A DNA stretch of 64,000 nt, taken from NCBI GenBank assembly GCA_000934665.2, contig KZ538067.1, positions 1 to 64,000 on the forward strand. Direction: 5' to 3'. Under the pieces are notes generated by a model. That model searched no databases. It was not told the origin of the DNA and saw only the letters and a program-made list of their open reading frames with translations. Source of the DNA: Catajapyx aquilonaris. Lineage: Eukaryota. The translations under genes were made by a program, and so were the position numbers. Shown here piece by piece: positions 10,951-22,762 of the stretch. Position 1 is the stretch's first letter; each line of letters starts with the position of its first letter.

Positions 10951-12572
10951 TCCACATAAGCATATACTCTGTCCGATCCGGGGATCGAACTCGGGACCTT
11001 AGAGGTGAAAGGCTGCGGCGCTAACCACTCCGCCACCGTGTCGCCCAGTAACAGATGACAGTATCATAAAGCCATACAGCATTATTACCTACACAAAGGG
11101 CAACTCGCTCCATCCCTCATGTTGCCCCGTCACTCAAATATGCCCGTATCAGCTATTATCAGCTATTATTATTAGCTTAATCATAGCCTACTGGCAAGGG
11201 GGTAATCACTCGACTGAAAAGTGTACACTGGAGTACCAAATTCAAGGAGTACAACGGAGCAATAAAGAGTGAGGTGCCTGAGGAGTACCAGGGAGTACCA
11301 CTCCCAGGTGTACACCGGAGTACCGAAGTGATTACCCCCTTGCTTGCTGGATCCGGATCCAAAAGTCTTATATATGTTCATTTACATAATGTCATCCCAG
11401 CCTATGCCATGGCGATCAACAATAACTCGCCCGGCCAGATCAGCACGTTATCATTTCCGTGGATGAACCTGTCTTCTCCCAATCATGGCCAGCTGCATGT
11501 GGCACTGTCCCGGTCTCGTAACCCAAGTCAGGTCAAAGTGTTCACTACTCCTACTGCTCAACACGGAACATTGCTCTCCAACAACGGAGTGTTTGCACAC
11601 AATGTTGTATATCGGGAGGTTTTATGAAAACTTATCTCACGTCCGATTCAGGACGTGTACAGTATGTCCATTGAGTCAATGCCACTCAATTTCTCAACCC
11701 AGTCTTACGACCAGCTATCCAGCTATGCTCTATTTCTTAGTTGTCACTCCGCGAGCCCTCTCATTCAATTTTTTCATTACCATTGTCTTCCTCATTGCAG
11801 GTTTTGCCAAATTTTGGCTACGGGTGCGCTAGTAGTAAAATAATAGTCTCCCGCGCAGTGAGTGGTGGGAAGAAAACCCCTCCAGCGGCCAGACGGCGAA
11901 CCACACGGATGGACGGGACTGTTCCGAGACTGAATATCTGAATATCATGGAAAAAAGAGAGTGCGCGACCTGATACGGAGGCTAACGAGGTCCAGTCAGA
12001 AGCCCCAACGGTGCGGAGAAGGCATCACTTAGCTCGGACGTTTGTCTAGTTCCGCCCGGTTCCGCTCCTCTGGTGGCGTCGCCACCTGCGCCCACCTGCG
12101 CCGCGCGCGGTTTTCGAACGACACACTTCCAGCTTTCACCCTACACAAATTCGGCGGAAGGCTGAGCGGTCGGAAAACGTGCGATTGGGGCGCGGAATGT
12201 GAGTGGTGGCAATTCACAAATTCAAGCGGTGGCGCTGCGGGCGGAAAGTGCTGCGGTGGGAACCGCTCAAGTCCACCTGGATGGACTTGTGCGATTGCCA
12301 CCGCTGAGTTCCGCGCCCCAAACCACGCCCCCAAACGCACTCTTGCCGCCAGCTCAGCCTTCCGCCGAATTTGTGTAGCGGCCTTTACCGTTTGTCTCTC
12401 AGAGAAACGGCTCATACCATCGGAATCAGGATTTTTTGCCCGATTTTTAAAGTCCAACTTGTATTTTGAGTGGAGTGTCCCTTTAAATATCTACATAAAA
12501 GCCTTATTTGGGTAGCATTAGCTTGCTAACTAAACAATATGAATTAAAATCGGACCACCAGAAACTGAGATA

Positions 12573-13100
12573 CAGTAGGCCTAATAAGTCGAATCTCCAT
12601 GAGACCGGAAAAAACTTCGAGTTAGAGAAGTGTTGTTTTTTTAAAGCACAGAACTCTATAAGGAAGCCTATCTTTATATCCAGCGACGAAAGGTGTTCAA
12701 AACTTCAAAATAACTGTCACTATCACACTACAATGTTCCTCGTTGTTTTGTTGTAAAAACAAACCTCCGTTATGTACAATTGCCTACTCTAAGATTCAAG
12801 GATGTGAAGGATTCAATTGTCACATTCGAGTCAAACACTTCTTTCGGTACCTACGTCTGGGAGACAGAGATCAGGAAATTGAGCATTTCTGTACATGTGG
12901 CCTACTCTCAACCCTTCGGCTGGGAAATGAGAAAATTTTCCGTACTCGCCAAGAAAACGTATTGATATCCCATCGTAAGGACCTGCCATCACTTCGAGTT
13001 ATGGAGAACTTCGAGTTGGGGAAGTTTATTTCCTATTATTTTACATTGCGACCAACCGAGCTCATCATTTTCTTCGACTTATAGAGAACTTCGACTTAGG
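12573..13100. mobile_element. pogo/Tigger-like MITE, inverted homologue of 3711-4381
   Basis: Colinear reverse-complement similarity; TA-CAGTA...TACTG-TA ends. Confidence 0.8.
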
Positions 13101-14893
13101 GAAGTTCGACTTATTTACTGTACAGCCATTTTAGGAAACCGGTGGCAGCCATCTTTAATGGTAAGTTATTTTGGTGACCTACACGGATTTTGAAGTGTCC
13201 ACTGCATGAGGATTTTGGCGCTTTCCTATAGTCTACACTTTCTTATTTACACTTTCCTACACAGTAACTTCTGGGCTCTTATGTGTCCTGCATGGTAGGT
13301 TGATTCTCCCAACAATAGTTGCGATTAAGTTTGAGCAGTTAATAATTCTGTATCAAATGGAGTGCAGAGAAGGCTTCACTTTGGTTGCGTGGGTTTTAAA
13401 GAGAGCAAGGGTAGAATTAGCACTCTGATACTGCTAAGTTAGCAGTAACTAGCAGTGGGACGAAAATTCCATCCCAAGCCTTTGATGTAAAAAAAAATCT
13501 TACACACTTATTGGTTCTCATGTTAAAGGCCTTTGAGATTAATATATTTATTTATTTTCCTCTGATGGAACGTTCAATCTGCTGAGCTCCATGCCAAAGG
13601 ACCTGTTCAAGTAGCCCCGCTACCTAAACGGCAACCATCTTGCGCATCTTGTAGTGTATAATCTATGCACCTAGTTTTACGCTAAAGGCCGCTGTGTTCG
13701 CCACTGACTGTATCTTTGATGTGGTAGGGGTTGCTACCTAGCGGCCTTGGTAGGAATCAAAACATGTTGTCACGTGGTGAACTGTTTTATTAGTTGATTT
13801 AGAGGCAGGAAAACTCGTGTGGTTTTTACCCCGTAAAAATGTTGTAAGAATATTCGTACGAGACAAATGCCTCCTCAGGGCACCGATATGCGAAATGCAA
13901 GCCCCATCGAGATATCACGCGTTTGCACAATCACGTATCTCTCCCTCTCTCCCTCTCCTCTCTCTCACTCTCCCCTAAAAGAGAGACAGGAGCGAGGGGC
14001 GGACTCAGTATGGCGTTCGTTGGCAAAGCAAGGGCGAACTCTTTCTCCAAACTGATGAAGGTCACCCTGTAGAAGCATTCTTCCAATGACATACATTAGA
14101 GTGGCTGGACAGCAACATTTTGATCCAACTCCCCTGCGTTGCCAAGTTTCAGTGATCTGCTCCAATCTAATGACACGAATCATTGAGCCATGTGGGTGCC
14201 TTTCTTTGCCAGGATAACTTTGAACAGGTCCTTTCAAAGTTGCCTGGTATACAGTTAAAAAATCAATTAAAAACCGTCATAGATGAACGCAGTCTGATTC
14301 CATTAGAGTTGGTGACAGGGCTTGCTTCAAAAAATTGAACGATGAATACTTGAATTGCAGTCAGAATAATTGAATTGGTGCGAATGAAAAATTAAAACTA
14401 AGTCCATTCCTCTCAACTTTACAGGAGACACAAAATCGCATTTTGCGCAAAACAGCACTTCATTTCCAACCCATCCAATCAATATCATTCATGCCTTCTG
14501 ACCTGATCATCAGTTACCTGGTGCTTCCTTCAACACATTCTGAAAATAATAAACGTACTTAAGTTGGGAATAAGATCGATGTTCTGATTTGTTCCCCTTT
14601 CTTGAAGTGGATGTTTCTATGGGGCCCAATGAGAATTATGCCATAATCATATTATTAATTGATGCCCCTTCATGAAAACACCAACAAAATATCACCATTT
14701 AGGAGGAACGTGGGGAAAAACGGGGTAGTGGCCCTGGTAGTGGGGCAAAACGGAGTAGGGCACATTTTAACCCATCCTGCGATGCCACCAAGATGGGATC
14801 TTCAGAACTACTTGTATTCACAAGGGAATGACCAAGGGTGATCGACTCCGATTTGGCTGAAACTCGCTTGAGGGGTCAATTGTGTGCTATAAA

Positions 14894-15117
14894 CAGAGTG
14901 GTGAAAGTCCTAGATGACACTGTTCATCCGTTCCCGAGATATGAGCGAAGGAAACATCAGAATTTTGGCCGCGCGTACGGGGTTCGGGCAAGAAAGGGAC
15001 AAGTGCAAGGCCCCTATACCCATATAGGCCTACGCGCGGCCAAAATTCGAATGATTCCGTCTCTCATATCTCGGGAATGGATGAACAGTGCTGGGATCTA
15101 GGACTTTCACCACTCTG
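14894..15117. mobile_element. Fold-back MITE (CAGAGTGGTGAAAGTCCTAGAT TIR)
   Basis: ~90-bp inverted arms; no clear TSD. Confidence 0.75.
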
Positions 15118-15135
15118 TTATGTTTACCAGGTTTT

Positions 15136-15165
15136 ACTAGCAGGATACCCGGCGTTGCGCGAGTT
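15136..15165 (-). mobile_element. Helitron 3' terminus remnant
   Basis: Plus-strand actag followed by GC hairpin cccggcgttgcgcgag. Confidence 0.45.
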
Positions 15166-15918
15166 ATGAAATACTTTTCCGTAGGAGTAACTCATTGATT
15201 TCGTAGTTACCTTTGCAATAATTATGGTTACACACAGGCCCCTGCAGAGCTTGTCTGAGGCCCGGGGCAGGAGTCACGTTAGGAGGCCCCTTCTTATAAC
15301 GACATAAAAAATACGTAACCAAAACAATTACTATTGACCTTTGGCATTGAAGTCACAAACACACATGTATTTATGATTACATCGTTGGGACTGGTTGCCA
15401 AGTTAGGCATATAATGAAGTTATAATTGGAAATTAATTCTGCTTGAATTTTCTAAAAAAAAACTTGCAGAGTTTACAAATATGCCACATTTCATATTAGC
15501 GATGTTAGCAATTTTGGTCTACACTAAGGGGAAAATAAATTTATACGCATATCATCAATATAAATTCCCTGAGATTCACAGTTGCCATTGCTCGGTGTAA
15601 AGTGGAATAAAGTTATAGGCCCTATGCTCCAAAAATGTACAAAGGAGTCAATGAGACATGCCAGTAGGTCCCGATTTCACTTCCACAAGCATAGAACAAT
15701 TCACACACGCTGAAAATGCAACCAGTCGAGATATGGAAAAGAGGAAAATAAGCACAAATAGGGTGTTGGGGAACGTAGCCCCTACTATATTGCAATGTCA
15801 TGGCTCCTCTTGCACACATAGTATCTCAATTAATTAGTGCTTTTAATGCCCGACAGGAGGCATTTATAATTTATTATACTAATATGTAACAAAAATCAAC
15901 ATTTCTGTTCTTGGAAAG

Positions 15919-17040
15919 GACATGGGTTAAATCCTGATGGAAAAGTGCCCCCAGATGGATTTGGCTGAAAGTTGGTCAGTTAATAGACCTTGTCCTCAGG
16001 GTCAATTGTTCTGAAGGCCGAAGAAAATCTACCGTGCTGTTTGGCCGCTAAAGGCGCCGAAAGTCGGAATTTCAAAGTTGTCCGATCTTGGTGAAAATTA
16101 CGCACACTGTAGAGTTCGATGAGCTGAGTCGAATGCGCTATGGAATAATCTTCTCTTATAAACCATTTGACCACGATACGGATAAATTAAACTTCAACAA
16201 CGGGCCTTTTACTGGGACTATACGTACGGGTGGATTGCAAAGACGGAGTTTAAACAGCGGCTCAATTAGATCGCGGTTTAAACCAGGGTTCCGTTTGTAA
16301 AGATGAGGATTAGCCTCATCGAGACGGGGTTTAAACCGCGGTCTAACTCAGACCACCTTCGAGGGTGGTTTAAACTGGATTCAGACGGCAAAATGAAGTC
16401 GGATATGGGCTCAATTACACCCGTGATCTTCCCCTTCTGCAGCAATTGAAGAGTCGACCGGCTCGCTGTAGCGTTGTGCACCTCCGGATTTTGCATCGAC
16501 CCTATGTAGGCCTACTATGCTGTACTATACAAATATACACTGCAATACACCTCATAGTGGTCATAGAAGAACCGCCAGGTTGAGGAAACCTATGACATTG
16601 ATTGAAGTAGCCTACTATAAAATATTATCTGTTGGGTTCCATGTTTCATGTGTATGTATTCATCTACTTCCGGAGTACCCAATAAGGACCATTATCTTGC
16701 ATGTAGCCTGCGATACACTTTTATGTCGAGGCTATTATAGACCTAATTATATTGTCACCTATACAGATATAAAACTAACTATAACTATAAAATGGTTTGT
16801 CGGAGAAAATTGTCCTGTAGCGCATTCGACTCAGCTCATCAAACTCTACAGTATGCGTTATTTTCACCAAGATCGGACAACTTTGAAATTCCGACTTTCA
16901 GCGCCTCTAGCGCCCAAACGGCATGGTAGATTTTCTTCGGCCTTCAGAACAATTGACCCTGAGGACAAGGTCTATTAACTGACCAAGTTTCAGCCAAATC
17001 CATCTGGGGACACTTTTCCATAAGGATTTAACCCATGTCC
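15919..17040. mobile_element. MITE with ~250-bp TIRs (GGACATGGGTTAAATCC)
   Basis: 15919-16170 is the reverse complement of ~16788-17040; identical translations in the ORF track on opposite strands. Confidence 0.85.
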
Positions 17041-19110
17041 TTTATTGCTATTTGCATGTTCCTTAGGTCACTGCTCACTGGTAACTCATAATGACCTGTC
17101 ATTCTGTCTTAAACATTGTGGCGGTCAAAGAACCAAAGTCCTCGAAATATTGGGGTCATTCCGAAACAAGTGGGCCGAAATGTTGCTTCACCCTCTCGGA
17201 TTTTGGTGGAAGTAAACACGGAGGTGCACAACTATTCCATAACACTAAATACAGTAAAACTTCTATAAGTCGTCACATCTTACCTTCTGTTCGAACTGAC
17301 AAGGGAACGGTCAGGGTCGGGAACCTCCGATTTGGCTGAAACTTGCTTGAGGGGTCTACTTCAGGTTCCCCACCATGCACGAAACAAAAAAAAATTACAT
17401 TGCCCCCCGCAATGCCCTGACTGTAATGTAATGAGCATGTAACATACTGTCGGTTATAGCAGACTCGGTTATACTAGACTGTAACGCTTTTCTGTAACAC
17501 TCGAGTTTGCCTGCATGCCCCTTGATCCGATTTTAAAGATGTATCCACTTCAATACAAAGGAGCATTGTTGCCCAAAGCTGTCCCACCTAGTTGGCTGGT
17601 GTTGGTAGTGGTGGAGATGGAAAACTTCAAGTATGATAATTTCAAAAAGGAATAACCATTTCATTATAATTTGAGTAATCCTTTTACCATACTTCTGGCA
17701 GAGTTTGAAATTTGAATTTGGCAAACCTTCAGCCTAAAATCCATTCTATTGTGTAGTTATACTAGCGTATTTAAAGAATAAGTAGTTTAAGCTTTATAAT
17801 TATTTGAAAAAAAAACAGTTATAAGATAAGGACACTCTACAGCTCTGATGGCATAAGTTAAAACCCATCATCTTCCAAAATTACATAATTGGAGATAAAT
17901 GCACCATTGCACTCCTCTTTGCAAGCAGCACCTTTTGGTACAAAGCCCGTAACTGTAGGAGCAACCCTTGTAAAGTTATGGCCAATTGAAATCATGCACG
18001 TCCATATTATATGATAATGGAAACAAAAAACTTCAAATGCAAATATCCCGAAGTGACAAAAAGCCCAGATAAAGGGTTTTAACTTGGGCCATCAGAGCTT
18101 CTCTCTAGCCTGCCAACTTTATAATAGCTTCCATAGCCCTTGGAAACCAAAATATGACACGGACAGCATCATAATGTGCATGTAATATTACACTATAATG
18201 AGCAAACACTGAGACTATGCCAATGAAAAGTGTGGTGCAGTACATGCAAAACACAGTTTTTCTCGGTGGGTGTGTTGCAGATGATGCCACAGGCTTCTGG
18301 GAAATTACCTGGTCATAATGTGACTTTTTTTTTTTTTTTTTTTGCTCATGTTGGTGCACACAATCATCTGAAACAGCTCTATCCTTGGCAGGGCCGGCCC
18401 TAGGTGGGTGCGGGGCCTAGGGCAAGAACTAAATGCGGGGCCTATTCTCCGTGAGTGAATTTCTGTACAACACGAATTGCGTATCCAACAATTTTGTTGG
18501 CTGACTTTCTATAATAACGTACAACTGAGGGGTGTAGACAGTTGCGTTAAAAAGATTGAAATTGCAAATTTTAAACATTTAATTTTTAAAATTATACCCC
18601 TTTATTTTTCGCTGGTTTTCACGTATGTTGTAGCCCTACATGTGAACTACACGTGGCCATATCAGTCCTGTTGGCTAGTATAATACTATGGAAGATTGGG
18701 CCTCTTAAGCGAGACCCCCTCCATATATGTCGTCATTATGATGGGTACAGTACACCCAACATGCAAATCGCCCACCTTGCTCAGTGCAAATGTTGATATT
18801 CAAGTTGGGATGATCACTGGTGAGAGTACGACACATGTAAGACTCCTTTGGTAGCCCACACCCCCCTCCCCAAGCAAACCCATGCCTCCCACCCCACAAA
18901 CACACCTAGCCAATTATAATTATATTGTAGTGGTCCTGTTGGCCACATTGTTGTTGTGTAGCAACAAGAATAGTGTTCAGTCTAGAATAAAATGTTAGAG
19001 AGAACTGACGTGTTCTGGAACTCGGGCACTGCCTTGTCTGGTCATGGTCCCTGCTGGTGGCAAGGGGTCCACTACAATATTATATATAATAAGATTACGC
19101 TTCTGCTCAC

Positions 19111-19338
19111 CCTTCACGCGGATGTGGAGACTTGACACGTCCACTCCATGAACCATGGCTTGATCGAACAGAATTTCCTGACATTTCTGGAGGAAGGAGG
19201 GTCGACTGTTGTTGATGTACTCCTCTAGGTCATGCGGGAAGCGTCTGTGGACACTCCTGATGGCTTCGGCTATGGTAGCGACTAGGTGGAACAGACTAGC
19301 GGTCTCCAGCAACTCCGGTTGGAGGTAAACAGGCATGT
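19111..19338 (-). other. Exon-like 228-nt open cassette of unknown origin in the left palindrome arm (MPVYLQPELLETASLFHLV...SSLHIRVK)
   Basis: ttttgttgtgttgcag acceptor, G|GTGAGC donor, phase 1-1, no stops; the mirror copy at ~19413-19647 has a 7-nt insertion. Confidence 0.5.
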
Positions 19339-19676
19339 CTGCAACACAACAAAAGCCTCGACATTATTTTGACCCTTTTTGAAATAATGTCGAGGCTTTT
19401 GTTGTGTTGCAGCCATGCCTGTTTACCTCCAACCCGAGTCGCTGGAGACCGCTAGTCTGTTCCACCTAGTCGCTACCATAGCCGAAGCCATCAGGAGTGT
19501 CCACAGACGCTTCCCTCATGCGTCATGACCTAGAGGAGTACATCAACAACAGTCGACCCTCCTTCCTCCAGAAATGTCAGGAAGTTCTGTTCAATCAAGC
19601 CGTGGTTCAAGGAGTGGACGTGTCAAGTCTCCACATCCGCGTGAAGGGTGAGCAGAAGCGTAATCTTATTATATAT

Positions 19677-19909
19677 CGTCGCTGTGGAGTCAAAACCACG
19701 TAACTCGAATAATACTAATTTTTCAGGAGAGCAAAAAAACTACACTTGCATTGAGAGTTAATTGCTTCACCTGGCCATATCTTCGCTCCTATTGGGCAAA
19801 AAATTACGCCGTTTTGATGGCAGATGCAGCGCAAAATCCCCGATTTTCAGGATCAAAAACCCGAAATCGGCCGAAAAGGGAGTTACGCGGTTTTGACTCC
19901 ACAGCGACG
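19677..19909. mobile_element. MITE with CGTCGCTGTGGAGTCAAAACC TIRs in ATAT/(TA)n (Sola1-like)
   Basis: ~30-bp TIRs; absent from the left palindrome arm. Confidence 0.85.
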
Positions 19910-19941
<32 letters not shown>

Positions 19942-19950
19942 CATATTATA

Positions 19951-20374
19951 CAGGGTGTATCTGAACTCAGTGCCCCGACGTATATGACTGCCTTCCTAGC
20001 CACCAGAGGATCGATTTAAGTATAGGAGTCATTATGTCTGGCCGCCGCATTACAGAGATAATTGGCCGCAAACATGTAGTACTAAATATCCTGTCGGTTA
20101 GGCCACCCATCGAACCCTCCCCCAGTCAGAAGGCTCTGGAAGGTCTGGGGGCGGGACTTTGTTGGTTTGTTGCCCACAGGTGGTAAGGCCTCTTTGGCTA
20201 GTTACACCAGAAAATTCTATTTAGAAGTCAGAAGGAGCGATTAGGCAAAAATCGCTAATGAGTGTATCTCAGTAATGAGGCTGACCAGACATATGACTCC
20301 TATACTTAAATCGATCCTCTGGTGGCTAGGAAGGCAGTCATATACGTCGGGGCACTGAGTTCAGATACACCCTG
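19951..20374. mobile_element. Tc1/mariner-type MITE (CAGGGTG TIR, ~90-bp arms, TA TSD)
   Basis: Near-perfect TIRs; absent from the left palindrome arm. Confidence 0.9.
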
Positions 20375-20736
20375 TATATTGTAGTGGACCCCTTGCCACC
20401 AGCAGGGACCATGGCCAGACAAGGCAGTGCCCGAGTTCCAGAACACGTCAGTTCTCTCTAACATTTTATTCTAGACTGAACGCTATTCTTGTTGCTACAC
20501 AACAATAACACAATGTGGCCAACAGGACCACTACAATATAATTATAATTGGCTAGGTGTGTTTGTGGGGTGGGAGGCATGGGTTTGCTTGGGGAGGGGGG
20601 TGTGGGCTACCAAAGGAGTCTTACATGTGTCGTACTCTCACCAGTGATCATCCCAACTTGAATATCAACATTTGCACTGAGCCAGGTGTGGCGATTTGCA
20701 TGTTGGGTGTACTGTACCCATCATAATGACGACATA

Positions 20737-21994
20737 CGAGGTAGGCGCCAAAAGTTTCCGTCATGGCTATGTTCCAGGGGTGATGGAAATAAAACGACAG
20801 TGTCATTTTTCAATATAGTCTCCTTCTACATCAATGCACGTCTCATATCTCATAATTATCATTTCAATACCTCTGGAAGAATAGTCCAAAGTTTTCTCTA
20901 CGAAATGCTCGTATACTGCCTCTTACACCTCTTCATCACTTTTAAACCGTACCTTGAAGTTCTTTTTTGAGTTTGGATAACAGGTAATAGTCACTAGGGG
21001 CCAGTAGGGTGGGTGATCAAGCTCCTCGAAGCCACAGTTCCTCACAGCAGTCTTGGAAACATTGTCCTGTAACCTGGTTCATTATCCAGATGTTGGAGAA
21101 CACCCCAACTCAACTTCCCGCATCTGTTCTTCTTCATGGCATCACGAAACCTGTGCAGCAGGCCAGAGTAAGACTCCCCGTAGACAATCGAGGTTTAATC
21201 CTTGAAGTCTATTAGTAAGATTCCTTTGGAATTCTAAAGAACCGTCACCATGGTCTTCTTGGTTGACCGGGTCACTCGGCCGCTTTCTGCCTGCCCGAAG
21301 CTATTCCATTAATTCTCATTTTGATAGAGGATCATAGCACGGGACCATAGTTTCATCTCCTGTGACGATGAACTCCAGTACTTCTTTCTGTTTGCCACGG
21401 CGAAGGTCCGAAAACGTTTCGCAACATGTTACGCATTTTCGCTTTTTAATTGCGGACAGAAGTTGGGGCACCCATCTTGTGCTGACCTTTTTCATGTGAA
21501 GGTGTTCATGAATAATGAAAGGAATGGTGGTGTCTGAAAGCCACAACCTTCCCAAGAGTTCCTCCACCTCCAAGGGCCTGCTTGCAGCACCTACTCCTCC
21601 ACAAGAGAGACGGTCTCTGCAGTCATCACCTCCAAGGGCCGAAAGTCGCATAGCCCGCCTTCGATGTTCTCTCAGCCCAAACGAAACTGCTTAGCCCATT
21701 ACTTCATGGTGGAAAATGAAGAGGAAGCTTCACCATGCACACCACCCAAGGCCTGTTTAATAGACATCGTAGTAAGGCCTTCCTTGGTGAGAAACTTGAT
21801 CACTCTCGATACTCGATTTTCACCATGTTGCAACTCGTCTAACTAAAGTTGACTTTTCTAAGAGACTGACTGACGTTTCCGGGTGAAACTTGTACATTCC
21901 TCAACTCATGGTTGGGACTACCTGACATTATAGTTGTTTCATTTCTATCACCCCTGGAACATAGCCAGGACGGAAACTTTTGGCGCCTACCTCG
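20737..21994 (-). mobile_element. Full-length (~1.26 kb) mariner with a pseudogenised transposase
   Basis: ~55-bp TIRs CGAGGTAGGCGCCAAAAGTTTCCGT, TA TSD; MVKIEYR..VIKFL start, KKVSTRWVPQLL and IVTGDET motifs; frameshifts and stops. Confidence 0.95.
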
Positions 21995-22181
21995 TATATG
22001 GAGGGGGTCATCGCTTAAGAGGCCCAATCTTCCATAGTATTATACTAGCCAACAGGACTGATATGGCCACGTGTAGTTCACATGTAGGGCTACAACATAC
22101 GTGAAAACCAGCGAAAAATAAAGGGGTATAATTTTAAAAATTAAATGTTTAAAATTTACAATTTCAATCTTTTTAACGCAA

Positions 22182-22476
22182 AAATTTAAAATTTTAAAAT
22201 TAACCATAGAATACGATTATATCAACCTTTCTGAGTAAATTGATATCAAAAGCACATCTCTCTCATGATTAGTTGCGGAGAAACAGCCAAAAGAAAAATG
22301 GCTCTCAAAGAAAAGGCTCAAAATTACCACCCCCCAAAAAACGGGTAAAAATCAAAATATTTCAAAACGCTTTGGTACAATGTTTTAGCAGTGCTAGGTC
22401 ACCATAACCTGTGAATATCATTCAAATCCGCCACATCAAGGGTACAAAGGGGGGCCCACTGACATGGAATGACCCC
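22182..22476. mobile_element. Right end of a DNA transposon (terminus ...atggaatgacccc), contiguous with the right palindrome arm
   Basis: Terminus is the reverse complement of ggggtcattcc...agtgggcc seen at 17152. Confidence 0.5.
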
Positions 22477-22613
22477 TATTAGAAACACATACGGTAACTT
22501 TGTCAAATATCGCTCAATTTTCATGAGACAAGTTTCATTTTGTTAGCTGCTTTAGGTGTGTATTCGCTTTGCGAGGTGCTAGGGCTCGGCACCTCCCCGT
22601 GGGGCCCCACTTG

Positions 22614-22762
22614 TGCTGTGGAACTGACATCTCCATAAGTTCAGCGCCTCTTATGGCACAGCTAACGCCCTAACGCCTATAGAGCCTTATAGAGCAGTAG
22701 GCGTTAGTGCATAGTTGTGCCATAAGAGGCGCTGGACTTATGGAGATGCGAGTTCCACAGCA
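22614..22762. mobile_element. Short fold-back MITE
   Basis: tgctgtggaact...agttccacagca, ~65-bp arms. Confidence 0.75.

Larger units (their letters stand above)
8851..11049 (-). mobile_element. SINE family C split by a 1.9-kb insertion (tail 8851-9019, head 10951-11046)
   Basis: Halves join colinearly with the intact copy at 47391-47673; 13-bp TSD aacagatgacagt (8838-8850 and 11050-11062). Confidence 0.88.
8191..11832 (+). mobile_element. Second Helitron of the same family, carrying nested insertions
   Basis: 5' end homologous to 5525-5760; 11396-11627 encodes a decayed RepHel C-terminus (PAYAMAIN..GQ..HGQLHVALSR..NVVYREVL*); same hairpin and CTAG|T end. Confidence 0.8.
5405..12482. mobile_element. 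TTAA-flanked element with ~100-bp TIRs (AGGGACACTCCACTC..., Kolobok-like) enclosing 7 kb of nested TEs
   Basis: 5405-5506 is the reverse complement of ~12380-12482; TTAA at 5401-5404 and 12483-12486. Confidence 0.7.
18542..22181. repeat. Giant palindrome: left arm 18542-19369, 12-nt spacer, right arm 19382-22181 interrupted by three TE insertions
   Basis: Direct reverse-complement match, with few mismatches, once the three insertions are removed. Confidence 0.93.

Noticed and set aside
3711..13474. One large inversion or duplication implied by mirrored MITE pairs (3711/12573 and 5212/13428)
   Set aside because: The order of elements is not mirror-consistent and intervening sequence does not match; independent insertions suffice
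14040..14660. Possible coding exons on the minus strand
   Set aside because: No consistent open frame or recognisable motif; at most a decayed TE gene
17152..22476. Single 5.3-kb Sola-like element (GGGGTCATTCC TIRs, tatt on both flanks)
   Set aside because: It would interleave with, not nest in, the better-supported element with the 8-bp TSD at 18389-23074; a 4-bp AT-rich match can be chance. Treated as two fragments, though not fully excluded
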